In this document: positions 18,084-25,881 of the stretch, piece after piece
Position numbering within the stretch: the stretch's first letter is position 1
How the letters are laid out: the number at the start of each line of letters is the position of its first letter
Assembly: GCA_012517065.1 (NCBI GenBank)
Contig: JAAYVR010000133.1
Location: forward strand, 258-64,257
Length of the DNA: 64,000 nt
Reading direction: 5' to 3'
Origin: Verrucomicrobiota bacterium
Lineage (GTDB): Bacteria > Verrucomicrobiota > Verrucomicrobiia > Limisphaerales > J093
Notes under the pieces: generated by a model
Databases searched by the model: none
Told to the model about the DNA's origin: nothing
What the model saw: the letters and a program-made list of their open reading frames with translations, nothing else
Translations under genes and position numbers: made by a program

Positions 18084-20802
18084 TCCCGGAACAGTACAAC
18101 CAACGTCCCTTGACAGAGACGCGGATTTTCAGCGTGCTTTTGCTGAAAACGAGCGCGAGGTCAGGATGCAGACAGGCCAGCTTGCGTGCCTGCTCGTGGT
18201 GGTCCTGATGCCCGCTGGTGTGTTGCTGGACACAATGCTGTACCCGGAGTTTCTTGGGCGATTCTTTCTTTACCGGGTGGCGTCTGTTGTACTTGTTTCA
18301 GTCATCTGGTTCCTGCACAAGACCGAGTTTGGCAGGAAACACTATCGGTTCATCCAGTTGTTCATTGTTTATATTCCGTGTTTGTTCATGACCATGATGA
18401 TCTGGGACAGCCACAGGCCGGATTCTCCATACTATGCCGGGCTGAACCTGGTTTTGCTGGCCATCAGCGCGGTTGGTCACTGGCCTCTGTTGGAAACGGT
18501 GTTGTCGGTGGCCGGCGTGATCATGATGTACCTGTTGTTTGCGCTTGCTCGTGTTCTGTTTACAGGGGTCAGTGAACCGGGCGTCACGTTTGGCAGCAAC
18601 GTTTACTTCCTTGTTGTAACGGGCATCATCGTCACCGCCGGCAACATCATGTACAATCGACTGGCGTTCCGGGAGTTCACGTTGCGATTCGAACTTGACC
18701 GCAACCGCAAGAGACTTGCCGACGCGCTCACCGAGCTTGAGAAAACCAATGAACGCCTTGTCGAACTTGACCGCGTCAAGAACAGGTTCTTCGCCAACAT
18801 CAGCCATGAACTTAGAACGCCGCTGACATTGCTGCTGTCGCCCTTGGAGACGCTGTTGCACGGGCCACAGCGCTCGGTGAACGACACCCAGGTGCGGGAA
18901 TGGCTCAACACAATGTACGTGAACGGCTTGCGCCTTCTCAAGCTCATCAACGACTTGCTCGAACTGGTCCGGCTGGAAGCCGGAAAGGTCGATGTAGTGC
19001 GTGAACCGATTGATTTGGAAGGATTCCTGCGTGGTTTGACATCGGAGGTGAAACAGCTTTCACAAGACAAAAGGGTTCGGCTTTTCACACTGGTAAGTCC
19101 CGACCTCGGTCCCGTTATGGCTGACCGGGGCAAACTCGAGAAGATCGTATTGAACCTCCTGTTCAACGCAATCAAGTTTACCCCTGCGGGAGGCCGCGTC
19201 GAAATCAGCGCAAGACGCGATGGCGATCAGGTTTTGCTGAGCGTCAGCGACACCGGGGTGGGCATTCCACGTGACAAGCAGCAGTTCATTTTCAGCAGGT
19301 TCTGGCAGGCTGACTCTTCGTCGAGCAGGAAATACCAGGGCGCAGGCATTGGATTGGCGCTTGTCAAAGAGCTTGTTGAAGCGCAGGGCGGAAGTGTCAG
19401 CTTCGAGAGCGAGGTGGGTATTGGCACCACGTTCTACGTCAGACTGCCGTTCCTTCGGGCTGAAGGCATTGCAGCAGAACTGCCCAGAACACCGGGCGCA
19501 GAGGAAACGGCCAAAGAGGAGAAAGCCGGAGCGCCCCAGCAGGATGCAACCGCAAAGTGGCTGGCCGACCTGTATCGGCGCGCTGAACTGTTTCCGTCCA
19601 TACCGTCAGTGCGTGAGAGTGTCCGGCCTTCCGAGATACCTGCGACGGGACCGCAGCCAAAGGTGCTGATAGCGGACGACGAGCCGGACATGCTGCGGTT
19701 CTTGCGGTCTCAGTTGATAGGCGAGTATGTGGTGCTGGAAGCGAGCGACGGTGAACAGGCGATTTCCAAGGCCGTTCAGTTCTTGCCTGACGTCGTTCTT
19801 TGTGACATGATGATGCCCGAGAAGGATGGATTGCAAGTGTGCCGCGAACTAAGACAGAACGTTGTTACGCAGAGCATACCGATCCTTGTGCTTACAGCCA
19901 GGGCTGACGAGGAAACCAAACTTGCGGTTCTCGCCGCCGGTGCGAGTGATTTTCTTGCAAAGCCGTTCTCGACCAGCGAAGTCAATGTGCGCGTGCGCAA
20001 CCTCATTCGCGGTTACAGGTTCCAGCGCGAGGTGGCGCGCCAGAACAAAGTGCTCGAACAGACCATCCAGCAGTTGAAAGACACTGAAACACAGTTGGTC
20101 GCCTCCGAAAAAATGGCGTCGCTCGGCCGCCTCAGCGCCGGCATCATGCACGAGATGAACAACCCCCTGAATTACATCAAGACAGGGTTGTATGTTCTCA
20201 GATCAAAAGAAAAGGCACTGCCCGAACACGAGCGGGCAGAATTCGCAGAGACTCTTCGCGATATCGAAGAAGGAATTGGCCGTGTGCAAGCAATCGTGAG
20301 CGAGTTGCGCAGGTTCGCTCATCCGCACGCCGGTAAAGAAGAGACCATCGATGTCGAGTCCCTCGTCACGTCAGCTCTGCGCTTTGTCAGCCACGAACTC
20401 AAGAATTCAGCGAAGGTCAGGCTCGAGCTTCTGCCGGGTCATGTGATTGCGGGGAACCGGAACAAACTTCTCCAGGTGCTGATCAACCTGCTTCACAATT
20501 CAGTTTATGCAATTCAGAAAAAGGGTTATAGTAACGGCGAGGGCGAGATTGAAATCGCCAGCAAGGTGTCTGACAACGTCGATCGAATTGTTGTCCGTGA
20601 CAACGGAACTGGCATCGAGCCGGAACATTTGAACAAGATATTCGAACCGTTTTTCACCACAAAAGATGTAGGAGAAGGAATGGGCCTAGGATTGAGCATT
20701 TGTTACCGCATTCTGGAAGAACACGGCGGGCGAATCGTTGTCAGGAGCGAGCCGGGTCAGTTTGCCGAGTTCACTTTGGAATTGCCCCGCAAGCAAGTTT
20801 GA
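18076..20802 (+). CDS. Membrane-bound hybrid sensor kinase with HK-REC-HK architecture
   Basis: The N-terminus has multiple hydrophobic helices. The first H-box is FFANISHELRTPLT, followed by HATPase motifs (NAIKFTP, DTGVGI, GAGIGLALV). The receiver is KVLIADDEPDM...VVLCDMMMPEKDG...LAKPF. A second H-box, MASLGRLSAGIMHEMNNPLNYI, is followed by a second HATPase (LLHNSVYAI, DNGTGI, GMGLGLSI). Confidence 0.9.
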   Translation: MPDPGTVQPTSLDRDADFQRAFAENEREVRMQTGQLACLLVVVLMPAGVLLDTMLYPEFLGRFFLYRVASVVLVSVIWFLHKTEFGRKHYRFIQLFIVYIPCLFMTMMIWDSHRPDSPYYAGLNLVLLAISAVGHWPLLETVLSVAGVIMMYLLFALARVLFTGVSEPGVTFGSNVYFLVVTGIIVTAGNIMYNRLAFREFTLRFELDRNRKRLADALTELEKTNERLVELDRVKNRFFANISHELRTPLTLLLSPLETLLHGPQRSVNDTQVREWLNTMYVNGLRLLKLINDLLELVRLEAGKVDVVREPIDLEGFLRGLTSEVKQLSQDKRVRLFTLVSPDLGPVMADRGKLEKIVLNLLFNAIKFTPAGGRVEISARRDGDQVLLSVSDTGVGIPRDKQQFIFSRFWQADSSSSRKYQGAGIGLALVKELVEAQGGSVSFESEVGIGTTFYVRLPFLRAEGIAAELPRTPGAEETAKEEKAGAPQQDATAKWLADLYRRAELFPSIPSVRESVRPSEIPATGPQPKVLIADDEPDMLRFLRSQLIGEYVVLEASDGEQAISKAVQFLPDVVLCDMMMPEKDGLQVCRELRQNVVTQSIPILVLTARADEETKLAVLAAGASDFLAKPFSTSEVNVRVRNLIRGYRFQREVARQNKVLEQTIQQLKDTETQLVASEKMASLGRLSAGIMHEMNNPLNYIKTGLYVLRSKEKALPEHERAEFAETLRDIEEGIGRVQAIVSELRRFAHPHAGKEETIDVESLVTSALRFVSHELKNSAKVRLELLPGHVIAGNRNKLLQVLINLLHNSVYAIQKKGYSNGEGEIEIASKVSDNVDRIVVRDNGTGIEPEHLNKIFEPFFTTKDVGEGMGLGLSICYRILEEHGGRIVVRSEPGQFAEFTLELPRKQV

Positions 20803-20832
20803 AGAACATCTCACCCCCAAACCAAGAACAGC

Positions 20833-22098
20833 ATGGAGACATTGTACGATTACAAGCGGTTTGCGATTCTCTACGTGGATGACGAAGAGAAATCGCTTAG
20901 GTACTTTGTGCGCGCATTTGGCGACCAGTTCAGGATACTCACCGCCACGAACGCCGCCGAGGGATTTGCCATCCTCCAGCAGCACAAGGATGACATAGGT
21001 CTCCTGATGACCGACCAACGTATGCCGGGTGAAAAAGGCGTTCAACTTCTTGAAAAGGCACGCCAGCTCAACCCCAGGATAATACGCGTTCTCGCAACCG
21101 CTTATTCCGACCTTGACGCCGCTATCCAGGCCGTCAACACCGGCGCCATCTACAAGTACGTAACCAAGCCATGGGAAATCCCTCAACTTGAAGCCACGCT
21201 GCGCCGCGGACTCGAGTTCTTCATGGTCCAACGCGAGCGCGACATCCTGTTGCGCGAAAAGCTGACGGTGCTTCACAAGCTTATTATAACTGATCGCCTC
21301 CTTGGGCTGGGAATCATTGCGGCCGGGTTGGGCAGCCGCCTCCGGAATGCCCTTTCAGCCGTTGAGAACTTCATCCGGATCGCCCCGCCTCCGACAAACA
21401 GCGGTGGCCCTTCTCTGGACGAGTTCCGCGACCCGACTTTTTGGAAGAGCTTGTACGACCACGTCCAAGAGCAGGTCCGCCGCATCGGTGAAATGCTGAA
21501 ATTGTTGAGCATGACCGAACCCGGGCGGGCGCCTCAATTTGATCACGAGGTCAACCTTTCCGGACTTGTCGCCACGGTGCTCGAGCGGTTCGCCACAAGA
21601 ATCCAGACCCAGAACATCGCTGTGGAGCACACGACAGCGCAGGATACCCCGAATCTCATGGTGGACATCCAGACATTCGATCGGCTTTTCGATTTGCTGT
21701 TCGAGGATGAGCTGCACCATCTCCCGCCCGGAAGCCGCATATGGCTCAACATTCGCAGAGCGCCAGCCAACGACATTGTCGCTCCAGGTGTCGAAATCGA
21801 AATGTCCGACAACGGCCCCGGTTTGTCTGAGGAGGCCCTGCGTTCTGTGTTCGACCCGCTGGTGTTGCGCGAAAGCGGTAATCTGGATTACGGCCTTAAC
21901 TTGATGGCGGCTTATCTGGTCGTTTATCACCACAACGGGCGAATTGAAGTCGGCCCGCGGCGAGAGGGTGGGACGGTCTTCCGGATTTTCTTGCCCGCCA
22001 ACCCGACCCTCAAAACAGACGCAATGCGCGAGCAGGAATTCCTGAACCGTGTCCTCCTCAACGACACACTTTGGGAACACTTGCTCACCACAGGGTAA
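20833..22098 (+). CDS. Response regulator with C-terminal histidine-kinase-like output domain lacking the phospho-acceptor His (PhcR/PhcQ-like)
   Basis: The receiver is FAILYVDDEEKSL...LLMTDQRMPGEKG...YKYVTKPW. It is followed by a degenerate H-box, IIAAGLGSRLRNALSAV, with Ser/Arg where His is expected. A HATPase-like end follows (MSDNGPGL, YGLNLMAAYLVVYHHNGRIEV). Confidence 0.85.
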   Translation: METLYDYKRFAILYVDDEEKSLRYFVRAFGDQFRILTATNAAEGFAILQQHKDDIGLLMTDQRMPGEKGVQLLEKARQLNPRIIRVLATAYSDLDAAIQAVNTGAIYKYVTKPWEIPQLEATLRRGLEFFMVQRERDILLREKLTVLHKLIITDRLLGLGIIAAGLGSRLRNALSAVENFIRIAPPPTNSGGPSLDEFRDPTFWKSLYDHVQEQVRRIGEMLKLLSMTEPGRAPQFDHEVNLSGLVATVLERFATRIQTQNIAVEHTTAQDTPNLMVDIQTFDRLFDLLFEDELHHLPPGSRIWLNIRRAPANDIVAPGVEIEMSDNGPGLSEEALRSVFDPLVLRESGNLDYGLNLMAAYLVVYHHNGRIEVGPRREGGTVFRIFLPANPTLKTDAMREQEFLNRVLLNDTLWEHLLTTG

Positions 22099-22125
22099 AC
22101 CTTCAGTTCACGCCTTAGCAGCACG

Positions 22126-23781
22126 GTGGATGACAGTTCTACCCGGGTGATTCGGCCGGAGCCGCACAGCGATGTGGAGGCCGTCCCCTGTGTGTTGTTT
22201 GAAGACGACCACATTCTGGTCGTCAACAAACCGCCGGGATGGAACACTCATGCCCCTTCGCCATACGCCGGCGAGGGGATTTACGACTGGCTTCGGAATC
22301 GCGCCCCGCGTTGGTCGAATCTCTCGATTATCCACCGCTTGGACAAGGAAACTTCGGGAATATTGATTTTTGGGAAAACCCGCCTCGCAAATTGCTCGCT
22401 GACCGCCCAGTTCGAAAAAAGGACGGTGTTGAAGAAATACCTGTTTCTAAGCGACAGACCCGGCCCCCAATCATCCTTGCTTGTTCGCACTGCCATTGTC
22501 CGTGAAGGCGCGCGATTCGTTTGCAGACCCGTCGGCGACAGAACGCAGGTGGCCGAAACTCGATTCCGAAGCCTTGGCAGTGTTGGGCGCTTCAGCCTTG
22601 TACAAGCCGAACCGCTAACCGGCAAAACACACCAGGTCCGAGTTCACGCCGCCCATGCCGGCTTTCCCGTTCTCGGTGACAAGCTGTACGGCGGCGGTAG
22701 GGCACCACGAGTATGCCTACATGCAACGAGTCTGACACTCCACCACCCGGAAACAGGCGCAAGACTGTGTTTCAAATCCGAGCCAGATTGGGACACCGAG
22801 CCCGCTTTGGCGCTCAGAACGGCGATGATCGATCCGAATCAAACAAACGCATTTCGTGTCATCCACGGCGCTTCCGACAATTACCCCGGATGGTTCGTAG
22901 ATAAGCTCGGTGCTTTTCTGTTCTCGCAAAAGGAATTGCCACTGTCACAAACCGAACGACACAAACTCGAAGCCCTCTCAACACAGTTCAAATGCCGTGG
23001 CGTCTATCATCAGCAGCTCTTGAAGCATACACAATCGCCCGACAGATCCTCCGTTTCTGCTGCGGTTGTTGCCGGCCACGGCGCCGAAAACAGGGAGACC
23101 CACATCAGGGAAAACAGCGTCTCTTATCTTTTGAGATTTGGGACAGGCTGCTCGGTCGGCCTGTTCCTCGATCAGCGCGACAACCGGCGCCGGATTCTTA
23201 GAAATCACGTGACGGCCGACTTTCCAGTGTTCGAACGGCCGCCTGCCGAAATGAACGTGCTCAATTTGTTTGCTTACACTTGCGCATTCTCGGTCTGCGC
23301 CGCATTGACCGGAGCTCACACCGTAAGTGTTGACCTGTCAAGGAAGCACCTCGAATGGGGACAGACCAATTTCAGACTAAACGGGCTGGATGCCCGTCAA
23401 CACGAGTTCATGGTCGGCGACGCGTTTGATTGGTTGCGCCGCCTGAGGCGCAAACAGCGCAAATTCGACTTGGTTCTTATTGATCCGCCGACCTTTTCGA
23501 CATCCAAAACGAGCGGCGTCTTCAGGGTCGAACGCGATTTCGGCAGGTTGGTCCTCGAGACGATTCCTCTCATCGCTGATGGCGGCGTCCTGTTTGCCTC
23601 CTGCAATGCGGTTGGGTATGAACCACAACGTTTTGTTCAGGACGTGCTCGGCACAATAAGGCAAAGCCAGGCTGAATGCCTCAAGACCCACTACGCGCCA
23701 CAGCCTCCTGACTTCCCAACAACGAGCGCACAACCGGCCCATCTAAAGTCGCTCTGGGTGCGCATTGGCAGATCGACGTGA
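22126..23781 (+). CDS. Fusion protein: RluA-family pseudouridine synthase + RlmI/RlmK-like class I SAM-dependent RNA methyltransferase
   Basis: 551-aa ORF with a GTG start. The N-terminal half has ILVVNKPPGWNTH and IIHRLDKETSGILIFGKT, which includes the catalytic Asp motif. The C-terminal half has VLNLFAYTCAFSVCAAL...VSVDLS...FDLVLIDPPTFSTSK, the typical RlmI-type methyltransferase core. Confidence 0.85.
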   Translation: MDDSSTRVIRPEPHSDVEAVPCVLFEDDHILVVNKPPGWNTHAPSPYAGEGIYDWLRNRAPRWSNLSIIHRLDKETSGILIFGKTRLANCSLTAQFEKRTVLKKYLFLSDRPGPQSSLLVRTAIVREGARFVCRPVGDRTQVAETRFRSLGSVGRFSLVQAEPLTGKTHQVRVHAAHAGFPVLGDKLYGGGRAPRVCLHATSLTLHHPETGARLCFKSEPDWDTEPALALRTAMIDPNQTNAFRVIHGASDNYPGWFVDKLGAFLFSQKELPLSQTERHKLEALSTQFKCRGVYHQQLLKHTQSPDRSSVSAAVVAGHGAENRETHIRENSVSYLLRFGTGCSVGLFLDQRDNRRRILRNHVTADFPVFERPPAEMNVLNLFAYTCAFSVCAALTGAHTVSVDLSRKHLEWGQTNFRLNGLDARQHEFMVGDAFDWLRRLRRKQRKFDLVLIDPPTFSTSKTSGVFRVERDFGRLVLETIPLIADGGVLFASCNAVGYEPQRFVQDVLGTIRQSQAECLKTHYAPQPPDFPTTSAQPAHLKSLWVRIGRST

Positions 23782-23957
23782 AATGCTGCGCCGCTCGCAG
23801 GCCAGAATTTGCCGGGAGCGTGAGCCTTCCTATCCGCCACAGGAGCGCGTGCAATAAAGACCATAGCCCATAGACCGTGGACCGTGGGGACAGCCGCGCT
23901 CCCGCCGCCGTTGCCTTTTCCAGCACGCTGGCAGGACCGCGGCGAGCCAAGGGTACG

Positions 23958-24255
23958 AGATGGGGACAGACACGTAGTTTCAGTTCCCAACCGGTCAACG
24001 TTCGGACCCCGTATTCCTGGCCCGCATGTTTCCCAGCCCCGCGTGCCCAGAACCAAAGTTGCCTGACGGGCAAAGCCCCCGGCTCTTCCACCCCCCCGAC
24101 CTTCAGCCACGCCGGGTTGGGCAATATGCCTTGCGACTCCGTCGCAAGGAAAACCACCCTGATCAACCCCCCAACTGGACGCGCCGCTGCCAGCTTAACT
24201 CCCAACCAAATCTAACTCTTCCGCCTAAAGGCGGGACTCGAACGGCCGCGGGGGA
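23958..24255. repeat. Dispersed repeat modules (V and Z modules)
   Basis: 24017-24135 aligns with 2609-2725 and with the reverse complement of 47328-47442 and 56395-56512. 24140-24255 (...CTCTTCCGCCTAAAGGCGGGACTCGAACGGCCGCGGGGG) aligns with 3150-3250. Confidence 0.8.
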
Positions 24256-24288
24256 ACAACGCCACTCGGTTGGCAAACCCGCGGCCCA

Positions 24289-24396
24289 GTTGAACGTTGC
24301 GAGTTGAATGTTGTACGTTGAAAGTTTTCATAGGCTTATCAGCTTGGTCGTCTTGTTGAGAACGTTCAACATACAACGCTCAACTTGCAACGTTCA
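24289..24396. repeat. AT-rich imperfect 40-bp inverted repeat with reiterated AACGTT-like hexamers
   Basis: The left arm (24289-24328) matches the reverse complement of 24357-24396 at 33 of 40 positions by hand alignment, with a 28-bp spacer. AACGTT, AATGTT and TACGTT occur in the left arm; AACGTT, AACGCT and AACGTT occur in the right arm. Confidence 0.75.
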
Positions 24397-24423
24397 GAGG
24401 TATGACTACTCGATGAATGCTCG

Positions 24424-24820
24424 TTTCACAGCCGCCTCAAGGCGGGACTCGAACGGCCGTGGGCGCGGCTTCGCCCGATGCGCGGAACAACCCATCGATG
24501 TTAGGGTTCCGCTTTTACGCGCAAGACTGAGAGCTTTCCGGTCCTGACTGCGGTACCCCAGCGCTTTGCCCCTGTGCCAAATGGCCACCTGCGGAGCTCC
24601 GGACCAACAGCGTGTCTGTCCCCATATGGCCCCATTCGATCTCGCCGCTGATCCCGATGGTTTTTCACCCGCTGCCTCGGATGCACTCGGCGTTGGTATG
24701 CGCGAAGCGTTTGGAGTGCGGCAGCTTGCTGCCGCTTTGTTTCTATGCGCAAACAACGTGCCTGGAACCATATCGGCATGACGCCAAAAATAACGTGTCT
24801 GTCCCCATATCGGACTGATT
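24424..24820. repeat. Dispersed repeat modules (Z-like and inverted Y module)
   Basis: 24640-24815 is the reverse complement of 2945-3115, with the hairpin core GCGGCAGCTTGCTGCCGC at 24718-24735. 24424-24460 repeats the CCGCCT.AAGGCGGGACTCGAACGGCCG motif. Confidence 0.8.
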
Positions 24821-24897
24821 GCGACAGGTTTCTTGCCGAATCTTGTCAAGTCGGTTGCCTCTCCTTAAAATTGGGTCTTTGAGAGAGGGTAAATTGC

Positions 24898-25395
24898 ATG
24901 GCAGAGAGGGATGACTTGCTTTGGTACGTTGCTCATACGCGGCCGCGGTGCGAGAAAAAGCTGGTCGCGTACTGCGACAGGGAGAATCTGTCAACCACTC
25001 TCCCGTGTTATCGAAGCGTCAGGCGATACCGTGGCAAGAAGGTTGTCTTTTACAAACCACTTTTTCCCGGGTACGTCTTTCTCCGAATCTCGCCCGTAAA
25101 CCGCCAGAAAGTTTATCAGAGCGATTACGTGGCAAACCTACTTGACGTTCCTGATCAGGAACTGTTTTACAGGCAGTTATCAGACATACTTGAAGCCTTG
25201 GAGACCGATCTTGAGATTCGCCTCGAGCCCAGGATTGGCCCTGGACACAAGGTCCGCATCAGATACGGCCCACTCCAAGGCATGGAGGCATGGGTCCAAA
25301 GCAGGTCGGGTCCATCCGAGGTTCTGCTCAGACTCGATTTCATCGGGCAGGCGGCTGCAATCAGGATCGAAGCTGACGCGCTCGAACTGATCTAG
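24898..25395 (+). CDS. NusG-family transcription antiterminator paralog (RfaH/UpxY-like)
   Basis: 165-aa ORF. The NGN domain pattern is WYVAHTRPRCEKKLVAYC...PLFPGYVFLRI. The C-terminal KOW-like part is GHKVRIRYGPLQGMEAWV. Confidence 0.8.
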   Translation: MAERDDLLWYVAHTRPRCEKKLVAYCDRENLSTTLPCYRSVRRYRGKKVVFYKPLFPGYVFLRISPVNRQKVYQSDYVANLLDVPDQELFYRQLSDILEALETDLEIRLEPRIGPGHKVRIRYGPLQGMEAWVQSRSGPSEVLLRLDFIGQAAAIRIEADALELI

Positions 25396-25530
25396 CGAGG
25401 CTTCGCCTCAGACCGTCCACGGGTACGGTGCTATGACGCTCAACGGGTTTTCGCCGCTCTCGGGGTTTGGCCCACCTCGCAGCCCGGAAATCGCAATGGA
25501 GTATAGGCATTGGTTAATCCGAGGGGGTGG

Positions 25531-25585
25531 CCGGTGAGATTTCCGGGCCACACACGCAGGGCTTCATTTCTGTGAGATTTCCGGG
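25531..25585. repeat. Two direct copies of the CCGGTGAGATTTCCGGG arm
   Basis: CCGGTGAGATTTCCGGG is at 25531-25547 and GTGAGATTTCCGGG at 25572-25585, in the same orientation. They lie between the convergent NusG-like and PGPGW genes. Confidence 0.75.
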
Positions 25586-25836
25586 CCGGAGCGAGTCTGT
25601 TTCTTGCTGTTTTTTGGATGTCCTGACAATCCTGCTTTTTCGGCGGCGCTGACTGCCATCTCTTTGGCCCGGTTCAACCATTTGCGAGCCCACACGAACT
25701 CGGTTGCTAGGATTGCCAGTCCTGCAGGGATTACGACCGTTGCCGGCCCTGGCAGAACAATCATTGCCAATCCGATGAGCAACACTGTTCCGCCCACTAC
25801 TGCAATTACGATCCGACGCACAAATCTAAATGTCAT
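25564..25836 (-). CDS. Small membrane protein, PGPGW-motif family
   Basis: 90-aa ORF with two transmembrane helices and the family-defining motif in LAMIVLPGPATVVIPAGLAILATEFVWARKWL. Confidence 0.7.
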   Translation of the reverse strand: MTFRFVRRIVIAVVGGTVLLIGLAMIVLPGPATVVIPAGLAILATEFVWARKWLNRAKEMAVSAAEKAGLSGHPKNSKKQTRSGPEISQK

Positions 25837-25881
25837 GTTGTTCAGCAGGGTGAACCGCCTTGGTTTTCGCGAGTGCGTCGC

